From: Lytechinus pictus
Taxonomy: Eukaryota
Direction of reading: 5' to 3'
DNA length: 64,000 nucleotides
Assembly (NCBI RefSeq): GCF_037042905.1
Contig: NC_087248.1
Location: 6,450,001 to 6,514,000, forward strand
In this document: positions 1 to 12,340 of the stretch, one piece after another
Layout: every line of letters begins with the position of its first letter
Numbering within the stretch: the first letter of the stretch is position 1
Program-made: the position numbers and the translations under genes
The notes under the pieces: model-generated
Database searches by the model: none
What the model was told of the DNA's origin: nothing
Seen by the model: the letters and a program-made list of their open reading frames with translations, nothing else

Positions 1-408
1 GTTCGAAGTGATCAATGTTTGAATAATATTAATGCTTATAAGTTGATTTAAGTATATTAAGCTCCATTTTATCAAAGTTTACATTCAAGAGCATGCAGAA
101 TATTACTATCCATCATGTTTTTTCACACATAGTTAGTGAAGATGTCTGCCCTGCATGCCTGACTTTATGCCTTATTTTTCAACACTCTTATAAAATATAA
201 GTGGTCTTTGCTCACATGAGTAATGTTTGCATTGTCATTACATTCGTAATAATAAGTTATACATGTACATGATTGTTTCTCACATCGTTGATTTGCAGCT
301 GGCTTTAAAGTTTTGCAATCAGATTCCTGAATTTGATGTGTGTGAGCAAGATATTGTGGAATTTTTGCGATAAAGTAATAATGTATTTGTTGTGTTTGCG
401 CACCAGGT

Positions 409-576
409 GGGTGTTTCATAAAGCTGTTCGTAAGATAAGAGCGACTTTAAGAATGACTGGCGATCCTTTCTTTTGGTAAATGGTATACACCATTGGCGAT
501 GGTTTAGTGCGTAAGAAAGGTTCACCAGTCGTTCTTAAAGTTGCTCTTAACTTACGAACAGCTTTATGAAACGCCC
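409..576. mobile_element. Palindromic MITE
   Basis: ~60-bp inverted arms gggtgtttcataaagctgttcgtaag... / ...cttacgaacagctttatgaaacgccc. Confidence 0.8.
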
Positions 577-579
577 TCA

Positions 580-674
580 GAATCGGTAGACTAGCTTAGC
601 CGGGGTAATATAGGAGTGCCTTGAGCACCTAGCAAGGTGGATACGTGCGCTATACAAATCCTATATTATTATTA
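580..674 (+). mobile_element. SINE/LINE-type 3' tail fragment; reverse copy at ~13835-13970
   Basis: gccttgagcacc..ggatacgtgcgctatacaaatcc followed by (tat)n; its reverse complement occurs at 13.8 kb. Confidence 0.6.
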
Positions 675-2058
675 TTTGCACATCTCTTAGTATCAGATCT
701 ATCTTGCCCTGTATCCTGTTTCGTGTGTGAAGGAAGATATTAAACAATATAGATGAAATTAATATTGTTGAGCTGTGCTTGTATTTTGAACTGACAGGCT
801 TCTAGAAATAAGTTAAAAATATTTTATTGTAGTACATTATCTCTGTTGCCTTGAAACAAGAGAGAGAGTGAAAGAGAGAGGAAGGGCGAGGGGGAGATAA
901 ATGAGTGGAAGTAATCATGATAATAATTATTGGCGGCAAATTAAAATGAAGGGGACGAGGTGAAAAAGTCAAGGAAAGAGGGGAATATGAGAGGGGGGGC
1001 TGAAAAAGAGAGAAGTCAAAGAAGGGGGAGAGAAGCAGAGAGGGGGGTGATTCGATGTTTAATTATTCATTCCATTTGATGATAAATATGATATGGTTAT
1101 TTTACATACTAATAATTCGATTTTCATTTGCATTTTAATCATTTCAAGGTGATAATCAGAATTTATATTGTGTGAGAGAAGCTTAACATTCTTTCCTCAT
1201 GTTTTTCATACATTCAGAAAAAGAACTTACAATCGAGTAAGGTTGTAAATCTACTATTATATCCTTGACCATCGTTGGAAGAAAGCAGGACAGATAAAAT
1301 CTGACTTAAAAAAAAAATCCTCGCCAATTGACCGGTTTTCCCCCAATTAATCAGGTTTTTTTTTTAATTTTTGAAAATATGCGTTGATAATTCCCACAAT
1401 AAATTATTAATGAACAGATTTTCCAATGAATTGCCCACAGGAAAAGTATTATTGGCATAAATGAAAACGTCACTTATGCCTCAGTGAGTTATGATTAATC
1501 AAGTAGGCCACATCGCAATTGCAATATATGAGGAAAATCGTACCCTTTGAAGCAATTTCATGAAGATCATTTTGCCTGCGAGATATATTCATATTTGAAG
1601 GTGAGAGAACGATAAGTAAACTGTGCTATGTCTATAGTAACGCTTTCCTTTGTGTCCCCCGTTCAATTTCAAGTCAACTTCGATTATACAGCGTTCACGA
1701 TTCACGGATCAGACCTTTCATCAACTTAGGAGGAAATCAGATCGAGACTGTTAAAAATTACAATTTCGTTTAATAATGTCTATTCCTATCTTTTGAGCAC
1801 TTCATGCATGGGGAATGATATTTTATTTTGACGTTTGGCCAACGGTTTTTGAAGTTGAGCTACCTTTTTCCCTCATTCCTTAGCATTTTTTTTTTCTATT
1901 TATTATTGTCTATAGGAAGAACATCCGCAACAAAGGGAAACAAAGTAGCAATATGATCTTACTTTAAAAAAGTTTATTGTAATTATAATCAATCATCAAC
2001 AGTGGATGGTCAATATCGGACTAAATCCTGTGCGAAAAAGCTTTGATTACTTAAAAAA

Positions 2059-2122
2059 ATGAGAAGTTATGCTTTTTTAACTCAACTCTTATGGATAGCT
2101 TATCTGGTTAACACAGAAGATG
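2059..2122 (+). CDS. Gene 1 exon 1 (signal peptide)
   Basis: ATG at 2059, MRSYAFLTQLLWIAYLVNTED, then G|GTAAGT donor. Confidence 0.75.
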
Positions 2123-5008
2123 GTAAGTGCAGGTGTTTCTACTGGTTTGAAGTGCTATATCATAGATGTATTGAATGCAGTTTAGTTATCGATTTGCTAA
2201 TTGTTTAATCGATCGGTCGATAATTTTTTTTGTATTAAGTAAGTAGTTGATAATATCTTTATCAACCGATTGTGTATTATTTAATTGATTGAATGTTCGT
2301 TCGTTTCATTGAATTGAACGAATAGGCCTAATTATTATCAAAGGGATATGGACAGAATGGCTTTTTTATGACGATGGTATAGTGATGGTGGTGATGGTGA
2401 TTGTGGTGATGATGCTGACATTGGCAACGGCGACGATGATGATGGTGGTGCGAATAAGATGATAATAATTATTATGACGATAATGACGATGATGTTGATG
2501 ATGACGATGATGATGATGATGACATGTGTAATAAACTTGGGAGTTTGTTTAGTTCCATTTCATTTTCATTGGTCTTTCTTTTGCCAGTTTGTGACTTTGG
2601 ATTTAAAAAACCAATTGATGTGAGGTGCTATATAGCTTATCTGCGATTTAACCAATCTCTTAATTATTGACATGTGCTTAGTAAAGATTATTGAATTAGT
2701 CTGCTTGTGTAACAAAAAAAAATATATTGTTCATTTTGACTGAGTGGAATTTGTGAAATGACCTTGTAAAAGTTTGCTAAGTTTCTTTTGGAACTCAGTT
2801 TACATATGACATGTTAAGTAAAGGTTTTATCTGGTAATGGTTCTAATGTCAAGCGTATTATAACCTGATGGTTTATAAAATGAAAAAGCAATTACTAGTA
2901 TTCCGTCAAATTGATCCGAATGAAATAGGTCTCTAACATGGTATAATTTTCTTTTAATTATTTCAACACAGGTGGATTTACGTGCCCAAATGGCTGGTGG
3001 CTGATACAGGATAGGTGTTATGCATATTGGAGCACTATACTACCTTTGACATACGAGGGAGGAAAGACCGAATGCTCAAGTGTCGGAGCACAGCTTTACG
3101 TTCCAAACTCGGAGAGCGAGTTTGACGACGTAGCAGAGTACATATCGTCAGCGTACCCGTTGCTAAACTACATCTGGATTGGGTGTGACGAACAGGATGT
3201 CGATGGCGTGTTCGAGTGCGTGGATGGTACTCAGTTAGATAGCTCAAATGGTATGATGGGGTTGATGAAAACCCAAAACCGACTTGATTGTGGGGAAAAT
3301 TTTATATGTCGCGAGCGAGAGTAAAGAGCGAGCAAAAAATATGGACTTTTCAAAATGAAAATCGTATTTTGCAATAGATTTTGACACGAGATGATATGAA
3401 AAGCAAATGGCATTATATACCCTTTTCCTTTAATTCATTTTGGTTCTTTATATCTTTTTTTTCCGAGGAAAATATCAGAGCTGCAACCCCCCCCCCCCAT
3501 TACACAAATCCAATTATGTTACCTTTATTATGGATAATACCGTTTAGATTATATCACACCTCGCAATAAAAGAAACATTAAAATCTTGAACAATTAAAAG
3601 TTATTCATATAACTCATCTCTCCTTTATTGAACGAATTTTTATTTCATTTTTTTAATGGCAACGTAGATTGGTGGCAAGATGGCGAACCAGTCCCGGGTA
3701 ATAATCAGAAATGCATCGACATCAAATTGAGCACGTTTGAACTTCTTGATAGCACTTGTACTGATTTGGACATCATCTTGTGTGAAGGTAATGATACACC
3801 TGCACAAACTACACCATCTCAAAACTGATCGGTAATCGATAATATATATATATCCGTATCGAATTAATGGAATAGATTTGATGTGTATAATTCAATTCAT
3901 TTTGTTTGACTGAGACAATCTTATGTAATATTGTCGTTGTGAAGGGGGCGTTTTTCGATAAGCAGAATCGGAGTTATAGGAAGAAAGAAAAATTTAAAGC
4001 TTCATTAAAAAAAACACGTTTCATAATTATACTTGATATGAAGTAGGCCCAAGATAATTTTCTAAGTAATGGAATTGTTGGACTGCTCTCTAGAGAGAGG
4101 AGAAAGTGCATCCATTGTTAGTTGCAAGAAGCTCTAAAAGGTGATGATAAATAAATGAACTCAGGAACAATAGCCACAAGGGCTAGATACAGATATATTT
4201 GAAATAACATAGTACTTGCCAGTGCTATATAGTTTATATCAAATGAATGTTTCATGTTTAATATGTATACACACGAATTATTATATATGGTCAGATGATA
4301 TATTTTCATCTTATCTCAGGTCCGGCGACAGCTCTACCATCCTCGGCTATTCCTACGACTGAAGGAGAAAGTTCAACTGAAGAAACATCGATGATACCAA
4401 CCAGTCTCCCACAACCTTCTAGCGGAGAGATCACCGATACAGTTACCTCAATCGAAGCTACCATCGACACCACTGCATTGGTGTCGAGGGTAATAGCTAG
4501 TGAGGTAACTACCACAGGTGTTACCGCTTCCACTGACAGTACCGCTACAACACCCACAACCGCCTACTCAGATACTTCGATCACATCTGGCACCACAAGC
4601 GGCACCACAAGCAGCACCACAAGCAGCATCAACAACATCACTAACACCATCGCCACCGTCACCACCACGACCAATACCAACACCAACATCACCACTGCCG
4701 CCGCCACCACAACCGCCGCCGCTACCTCTGGTAACCCCTCGAGACGAAGGTCGATAATGTTCTTCCTTGCAGAGAATGACAACGATAACCACCTTTCTGG
4801 ATACTGCCTTTCAGGTCACACCTTGAAGAAGCATATAGGGGTTAGTAGGATCCAATGCGCAGGGTTCTGTATGGTACGGAACGACTGCCGGTCTTTCAAC
4901 AAGCAAGACAATCTCTGTAGCTTGAACAGTCGACAGAAAGATGAAGTCAGTTCGTCCTATTTTGTTTCGACTCCAGGTTGTCAATATTACGAAAAGGGAA
5001 GCGATTGA
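2059..5008 (+). CDS. CTLD gene 1: secreted C-type lectin domain + Thr/Ser mucin stalk + PAN/apple-like domain; join(2059..2122,2972..3250,3668..3787,4320..5008), ~383 aa
   Basis: Four GT-AG bounded phase-1 exons sum to 1152 nt in one open frame. Hydrophobic leader MRSYAFLTQLLWIAYLV; CTLD motifs CPNGW..RCY, C..VGAQL, WIGC, DGT, WQDGEP, C..C..ILCE; Thr-rich stalk; C-terminal C-LSGH..QCAGFC..CRSFN..CSLNS..CQYY. Confidence 0.9.
2370..2523. repeat. (GAT/GGT)n cryptic simple repeat
   Basis: Read directly from the sequence. Confidence 0.85.
2972..3250 (+). CDS. Gene 1 exon 2 (CTLD N-terminal part)
   Basis: Acceptor cacag; GFTCPNGWWLIQDRCY...IWIGCDEQDVDGVFECVDGTQLDSSN; donor G|GTATGA. Confidence 0.92.
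3668..3787 (+). CDS. Gene 1 exon 3 (CTLD C-terminal part)
   Basis: Acceptor cgtag; WWQDGEPVPGNNQKCIDIKLSTFELLDSTCTDLDIILCE; donor G|GTAATG. Confidence 0.9.
4320..5008 (+). CDS. Gene 1 exon 4 (mucin stalk + PAN/apple-like domain)
   Basis: Acceptor ctcag; lies within ORF 4295..5008; Thr/Ser-rich, then RRR, then a 6-Cys PAN-like pattern. Confidence 0.9.
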
Positions 5009-7509
5009 ACTCCGTTCCAACCAAAGCCGCAAACCAAAGCGATCTATTATTCCGCCCAACCACCCCAAAGATAATGCTATATATGAACACATTCATCAAC
5101 ATAAAAAATCTTTTGGCAGCGTACCTGTGGTAGGGGGTGGTTGACTTTTTTAAGTTTCGTCAGAAATTGGGGTTTGTTTGGGGGCACTCCTATGGCTATT
5201 GGCACATGGCAAAACAAATCCTGCGTAAATATGATTTTAAGATCAAATGAATTTTCTGATGTCGCCACCTCAATAATAATTTATCTTCCGACAAGTTCTC
5301 AGGGATACAATTTTCATCATTTTGATCTGTTTGTTAAGAAAAACATGTTGTTCCAATGTATCTATTATCACCTTTTCATCTGTTTTGCATTACTATAATA
5401 TGATTTATTGGGACTTGTATTTAAGTCCAGTTACAATATCATAATAATAATAATAATAATGGATATTTAGAAGCGCTAAAAACAAAAAGTACCATAGCGC
5501 GTACAATGTATGAATAATTTAACATGAATAATAATTTAATAACTACAATATTCATCATATAGGCTAAATACTTCTTTGTGGTATTTTCTTTCTATTGTTT
5601 GTTTCATTTTTAGTTTTGTCAGAATTTCAGAAGTTATTGAAATAGCTCCATCTTTCCTGTTGCAATAATCTTACTTTTAGCGATAAAGGCCCAATTATAC
5701 GCAACATTGAAATTTTGATATTAAAATTATTTCATTTTTTTTTCTCAGTTCACCCTCAATGGCGGGCTATTTGAATCTTCAATAAAAATTGCAAAGTCAC
5801 CTTTTTATTCGTCCTGTAATTGGAACCTATTTTTAAATCCCCCCTGAAACGTATAGGCGTTCATACCTGTATGATACATTAATAATGATAACAATTAAAT
5901 ATCTCTCAGTGATCTTCAAATTGCTACCTACCTAAATTTACAAATATATATTTGCTTACAGTACACAGTTGCACTCAAAATGTGAATGAATGGAGCAGAA
6001 CTGCAGAATAATAGTCTACACGTTTCGATGATGCACACATTGCCATCCCATTTGAAGTGAAAAATGATTAGCAAAGATTTTAATGAAAATAGGGAATTAA
6101 AATTATATAGTTCTTAAAATGAGGCCGCAGAACGCAAAATGAAGATTTTCACTTCAGTAGGCACTAAATCCGCTTTGTCGAAAAGTGAGTTATAGACATA
6201 TCATTTATTTCCATATCCAATGGGACATTTTAATTGACAAATGTCATGAAAGTCTTTTTATTAAAATTTTGGAAGCAATAATTTAAACTTTCACTTTTGA
6301 AATCACCTTTTCAAAGACGGCTGGAGAAATGTCTTTAGAATTTATTGTCCTCGTTTCTGCAGATGTAATACACTGACTAAAATAATGAGATTCAAATGTC
6401 GATATTTTGGGATCCCGTGGAAAGTCCTGTACATAGTATTCGTATTATGTTTACATCACAAATTCAGATTTTAATAAAATCGAATTCAAATGTAAAAAAA
6501 TAGTAAATTTATTTTATTCCATTAGATTAAGGGCAGCAAACATTGCCAAGGGAATTGCAAAAAAAAACCTCTCAAATTCAATTGAATCCCAGTATTGATA
6601 TTGGTAATGACAAAATAAATCTCCATCCATTTCCGAACGAGTTGTCCATGAATGAGAACAATGCCGACCGTGATCCACTCACCCGTAAAAGATGCATTTG
6701 ATTATAAAACGTCAACTTGCCACTCTAATCATAAAAAGAATGAGAAGAAGTATTATTAGTTTTCAAATATAAGAGGGGTGATAGGAAATGTACTGTAATG
6801 GGTTTAGATTTTTCGCGGGGGGGGGGGGGTGAGGGTGGGTCTTCAAATAAAATAATCATTGTTTCCAAGTAGTAGGCATGAGGTCGCTATGATATGGTTT
6901 ACATTGAAGCCTATATCCTGGTCGAACTGTGGTAAGATGTGCCTTAAATCAGTGCATAAAAAAATAATGAGGTTATCAGCAACTTCAACGATAATTATAA
7001 TGATAGGGAGCTTAAGATTTCATAGTAGTGAGGCACCGCGATGCAGAATTGATTCAATAACATTGATTAATTTATGTATTTTTCACATGCCCTTCCTGAC
7101 AAAGAGCAACCAAGAAGTCTTTGTCGACAATTGATGAATTAAAACAGCATTCGTCCTGTTCTAGCATCCTCATCCCGAATCTGAGCCCCATGACGCGGAA
7201 ACTTCTATTATGCACCCTCCTCCTCACTATTCATGCGCAGTAACGTTGATTTTTCTCAAATAAATAGATTTCATTTTATGGATGAGAACTTGAGAAGTGG
7301 CCCCGATTAAACTGACTAAGAGCAACCACCACATCAGCAGCAAACATGGCAAAGAGAGCAGTAACTACGATGATAAATCACTATATTGAATCAATATTGA
7401 TTAAAAATGCATTAGTTTATACGAACATGATGAATGACAATGAAATAAAGCACATGACTAGACTAAAAGGGGATGTCCCTGCTTTTGAATAAAATAATAT
7501 TGAGACGTA

Positions 7510-8590
7510 TTTCAGTTTCAGTTTGGTTTATTTTCATGTCTCACAAAATATTGAATACAATGTACGTCCATCAAAAAACAATAAATTATTAATGATAAAA
7601 TAATATAATACATCGCAACAATGTAAGATGAATAAGACAATGGTTATAACGTTCCAAATTGGAGACAGATACATCAATAAAATGAGGATATAAATGGCAA
7701 ACTATTAAAAAGCAGAGTTGTAATTTAAAGATTCCCTATAAATAACTTATAAGTATTGTCAATTTGTTTAATATCAATATGTTACCAAAAAAAAGAGAGA
7801 GAGAAAAAAAAATTACCTAAAAAGAAAGAGAGATACAGGGGGAGATAAGGGTACACTGCAAAAACTCTGGTATTGATTAAACACCGACCCGGAATCTATA
7901 TGTCCACACCAGACAAGTGTTGAACAACACCAGTTCGTTTTGGTCTAACACCAGATAGGTGTTTATACAACACCAATTAGTATTAAAACTAGTATTCCAA
8001 ACTAGTGTTGTTTCAATACTTCTCTGGTGTGGACATATAGATTCCGGGCTGGTGTTAAATCAACACCCGAGTTTTTGCAGTGTAGACTAGCAATAGTAGA
8101 AGGAATATTTTATAGGGAGCCGAGGTAGTATTTGTTTAAAAAAGAAGTTTTCAATTTACGTTTGAAAGTATATCAGGAAATGGAATTTTTAAGGTCAGCT
8201 TGTAGATCATTTCTAAATAATGGACCTGCGACAATAATTGTATTATGTGAAAAAGCAGTACGAGTACGTGGAAAATGATAATAATGACTTTGACGAGTAG
8301 GATAACTATAAATCTCGTCATTCCTTCTAAATAAGGAAGAGACAGTGGTGGGCAATTCTTTTCGTGAGAGTTGAAACATAAATATTCCAAGATTAAATGT
8401 ATAAAGATCATGGATTTGTAGAACATTACATGAATAAAAGAATGGTTTAGAATGAGCCCGAAAACTTGTATTATTTAATAATTCTTATTAGTCTTTTTGG
8501 ATAAGTAAAATTTATTGATATGAAGTTTGACTTTTGAACTGTTCTCCCAAGAAAGGATACCGTAATTTAAATACGGCAAAATTTAGAGTG
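7510..8590 (-). mobile_element. L2/CR1-group LINE 3' fragment (decayed ORF2 end and tail)
   Basis: The minus strand gives RT C-terminal-like text (..LFRRNDEIYSYPTRQSHYYHFPRTRTAFSHNTIIVAGPLFRNDL). A MITE interrupts it. Ends are approximate. Confidence 0.65.
7854..8082. mobile_element. MITE with TA target duplication
   Basis: TA|cactgcaaaaactc...gagtttttgcagtg|TA, long inverted arms. Confidence 0.85.
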
Positions 8591-9316
8591 GAGTATAAAC
8601 ACAACAAGACACGTGTAATGGAAAGACAAAAATGGCCTCCGATTTTAAATTATAGATACACAATAATTGAAATTCTCAAGGTCAGGAATGGAAAAGAATA
8701 CAGAAGGGCAGAGATAAGAGGGAGAGAGAGAGGGGGGGGGGGTGGGGGGAGAGAATGTAACGATGCGTATGTCAATAACGTGTTATTACGTGCTTCCAGG
8801 GTATGTTGTATGAGTGTGTTTGCATCAGGCAAATCTCTCGAATCGCTATCTTTCACTCTCATAGTCTGGGTACCGATAGAAAGACTGTCCAATAACTGGA
8901 GAGGAGCTCGATGCGTCATTTAGTAAGGGGTTGGGGTAAGTTCTTCTGACTATAGATAAATAAGCATCAGTAATATTCGAGACAGCTCTAATGACATATT
9001 TCTCATTAAAGTAACACAAATTCTAGTAAAATGTTCTAGTTAAAATTGAAACAATTCTCAAAATAACCCGATTGTGGTATCGGTAGATTATTATGACCCA
9101 AATGTTCATCTATGATATCCAGTTCGTTAGAATGATCGTATACAAATTTATCGCAGACATGTATTTCCAGAGTCAAATTCAATCAAATATTTTATAGGTA
9201 TATTACAAATAAATTATTCTGATTGCTTATCTCCTATACAGCATATAGACTATTCATTGACGGATGTAAACATAATTCATTCTGATCATCAGTGTTTCAA
9301 AGCTCAAAGCAACAAA

Positions 9317-9374
9317 ATGACGTCTGGAAACTGTTTGGCCTTGCTCCTTCTTTTGCTCTCCAAGCAAGCAGAAG
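9317..9374 (+). CDS. Gene 2 exon 1 (signal peptide)
   Basis: aaaATG, Leu-rich core, donor G|GTAAGA. Confidence 0.8.
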
Positions 9375-9537
9375 GTAAGACCCATGATGACACAATGAAA
9401 TATACGCTATAAGAAAATCGATTTGTGACCATCTCCCTCTTTTTTTTAGCGGCAATAAGTTATACACTATACACTGTGATGAGAAGTACTGGCGTACACA
9501 TGGGGACTTGGGAATGGGGGCATGAACCCCCCCCCCC

Positions 9538-9577
<40 letters not shown>

Positions 9578-11882
9578 GACCAAAAAAGGAGAAAATGAAA
9601 GAAAGCGCTAAAATATGATATCATTTCCGAAATTTTATATTAAAATCTATCCCAACATTAAGATTTTTTTTAAAGATTTATGATTAAATGTTAAAATAGT
9701 TGGTTTACAAATTTCGTATTTCCTTTCATACACGGTGGCGGGCTTTACATCAATGGATTGATTCTAATCTTAATTATTCCCTATAATTTTTTTTCATTTT
9801 AGGAGGAAACACATGTAATAGTCCATGGTTCAATCTTCACGGGAGTTCGTGCTATGCCTTGTATAGCGTCACTCTGACGGAAAAGTATGAAGAAGCAAAT
9901 ACGATATGTGGTAATGTTGGGGCGCATGTCTACGTACCAAATTCAGAAGGAGAATACAATGACGTCTCTGCATATCTTGTTTCAATAATACACCAACTTC
10001 AGCATGTTTGGCTGTGGATTGGGTGTGATGAAACAGAGGACGACGGCGTCTTCCAGTGCGCTGATGGGACGGAGCTTGACAGCGACAGTGGTGAGTATAT
10101 AGTTTCATCTCAAAGAAACAACCACGACCAATACCTAGACTAAGAATGTAGAGACTTCACCCCCCCCCCCCCCCACCCACCTCACCCCACTACCTCGTCA
10201 CCTCGACATAAATGCAACATAATCGCTTCCGATGCGTTTTGGCTCAGTGGATAAGGTTTCGGGCTTTGAGTTACAAGGGCCGGAGTTCTTTTTTTCAGTC
10301 ACAGCACTTGCGTCATTTGGTAAGGCGTTTATCTACATTTTTCACTCTCCACCCAGGTGCAGTAAATAGGCCCCCAGCAGGATCAAGTTCCGTGAATGCT
10401 CGAATGCCCAAGCAGGGTAACCGAAATAATAGTTGCACATTATTGTCTTTTATTCATTCCGTTGTAGTTGTTGTTGCCTTTATATCTGTTGGTCCGTAAT
10501 CATGGCATATTGTCTATTAGTCAAGACACCAAAATGTCGAGTAAAATACATGTAATATATAAAATCAGACGTTAGACATGTGGAGCAGTTGTTGAATATT
10601 TCTCTGTCGTCTTGTTACAGGTTGGTGGCAGGACTTGTATCCGACGCCAGGAGGATCTCACAGGTGTGTTGATCTTTATGGAGGAACATTCCCCCATAAA
10701 ATATACGACCATTCATGCATGGAAAGGAACACCTTTTTCTGTGAAGGTAATAATCTACATCTCTATAATCTACATAATCTACATCGTTATAATTTCTTTA
10801 GAAATTAAATTCTTTAGAAAGTAACCAATACAATTTCGTTATAAAGGTTCAGCTATGGATGTTTGGGTTGCAGTGTAATAATTTACAAAATTCCATGAAA
10901 GCCATTTTCCCGCCTAAAACGAACCTTACAATGTGGATGCCAATAGTAGACAAGAGGCTCTCGGGAAAGGTAGCCTGTAGCTGTAGTTGACAAATCTGGC
11001 ATATTTTCCTTATATCATCGCCATATTCTAGAAACAATATGAACGTTATTCATATTTTTTTTAATAACATTAGTTCCACCGACATCACCGCCAACATCCG
11101 GTCCTACGCAAGGTCAGGTGACCACCCCTTTCCTGGTCAGCACTTTGTCCACGGTGGTCACCGATCCCACCAGTTCTGCAGCCCCAGTTAATGGGGACGA
11201 TACCACTGCAACCAGGATCACATCAGACTCCACCAATACCAGCACAGCTCAAGCCAGGTCACTGCTGCCAACATCCGGTCCTACACAAGGTCAGGTGACC
11301 ACCCCTTTCCTGGTCAGCACTCTGTCCACGATGGTCACCGATCCCACCAGTTCTGCAGCCCCAATCAAAGGAGACAATACCACTACAACCAGTTCCAACA
11401 TACCCCAAGCCGCATCACTGGCAACATCCAGTCCTACACAAGGACAGGTAATGACCACCACTTCTCTGGCTACCAACGCTGCTTCAAAGTCTCCCTCAAC
11501 AACGGTTCAAGAAACGAACAGCAACGCCTTCAACACGACCTTGGACAACAGTTTCACCACAATTTTCACAACCGATTCTGTCACTTCTACCAACACCATC
11601 CCTCCGGATGCCACCGATACCAACACCCCTTCTAGTGATGCCACTTCTTGTGGAACCTGTCCGAGGTGTTCGCTCAATGTCAAAATGTTTACCCACGTCT
11701 GTCCAGAAATCTCCGGACGGAATGGAGTCACTATTCCGGCCATTATTGTATATTTCACAGATCGTGATGGCATTAAATTTGGGGAGGTTTGTGAGAAGCT
11801 AAGAGCTATCCAGCGCACAGGGCCGTTTCTGTTTCGGCAAAAGCAACGCTTTCAGAAGATCGGCGTCCTTTGGGGGAAGTAG
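9317..11882 (+). CDS. CTLD gene 2: secreted C-type lectin domain + mucin stalk + unrecognised C-terminal module; join(9317..9374,9803..10090,10621..10746,11074..11882), ~426 aa
   Basis: Same exon structure and phases as gene 1, 1281 nt in frame. Leader MTSGNCLALLLLLLSKQAE; CNSPW..SCY, WIGC, FQCADGT, WWQD..C..C..FFCE. Confidence 0.9.
9803..10090 (+). CDS. Gene 2 exon 2 (CTLD N-terminal part)
   Basis: Acceptor tttag; GNTCNSPWFNLHGSSCY...WIGCDETEDDGVFQCADGTELDSDS; donor G|GTGAGT. Confidence 0.92.
10232..10430 (+). mobile_element. tRNA-derived SINE (degenerate) in gene 2 intron 2
   Basis: A-box tggctcagtgg; core ctccacccaggtg..taaat shared with the SINE at 46.7 kb. Confidence 0.6.
10621..10746 (+). 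CDS. Gene 2 exon 3 (CTLD C-terminal part)
   Basis: Acceptor tacag; WWQDLYPTPGGSHRCVDLYGGTFPHKIYDHSCMERNTFFCE; donor G|GTAATA. Confidence 0.9.
11074..11882 (+). CDS. Gene 2 exon 4 (mucin stalk + C-terminal module)
   Basis: Acceptor attag; in frame with ORF 11118..11882. Confidence 0.85.
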
Positions 11883-12115
11883 GCTGTAGAGCGTCTTTCA
11901 CTGAATAACCTTTCTATCATGGATAATTCTTTTCACAAACGCGGAAATATATTGCGGAGCTGTGACTATTAAGGTGTTCATAGTATATCATTAACATGAT
12001 TAAGATATCTCCGTCTTTCCTCAAAGAGCAAAATTAATATGAACGAAATTTGACAAACTATGAACGAACTTAATTCAGGAGGATGATTGACCAAACTTAA
12101 GAGGGATTTTAACAT

Positions 12116-12340
12116 GGCCCTGGGAAGCGGGGGTCCTGGAAGTGCTTCAGCATCACAAAGATTTCCTTGGGGTGCTGCGTGTATTATTCTTCATAGGCAG
12201 CACCCCAGGTAATTCTGGAAGATGTGTAAAAATTGAAAAAAATGTAAACAAAATGACCTACCTTCATAATGAAACTTTTTTTTCTCTCTTTTCAAATTTA
12301 CATCGGTACCCCCAGTAAAAAAAATCGTTCCCAGGGGTCT
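12116..12340. mobile_element. Short TIR element; related copies near 20.8 kb and 36.8 kb
   Basis: ggccctgggaagcggggg ... cgttcccagggg termini. Confidence 0.55.
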
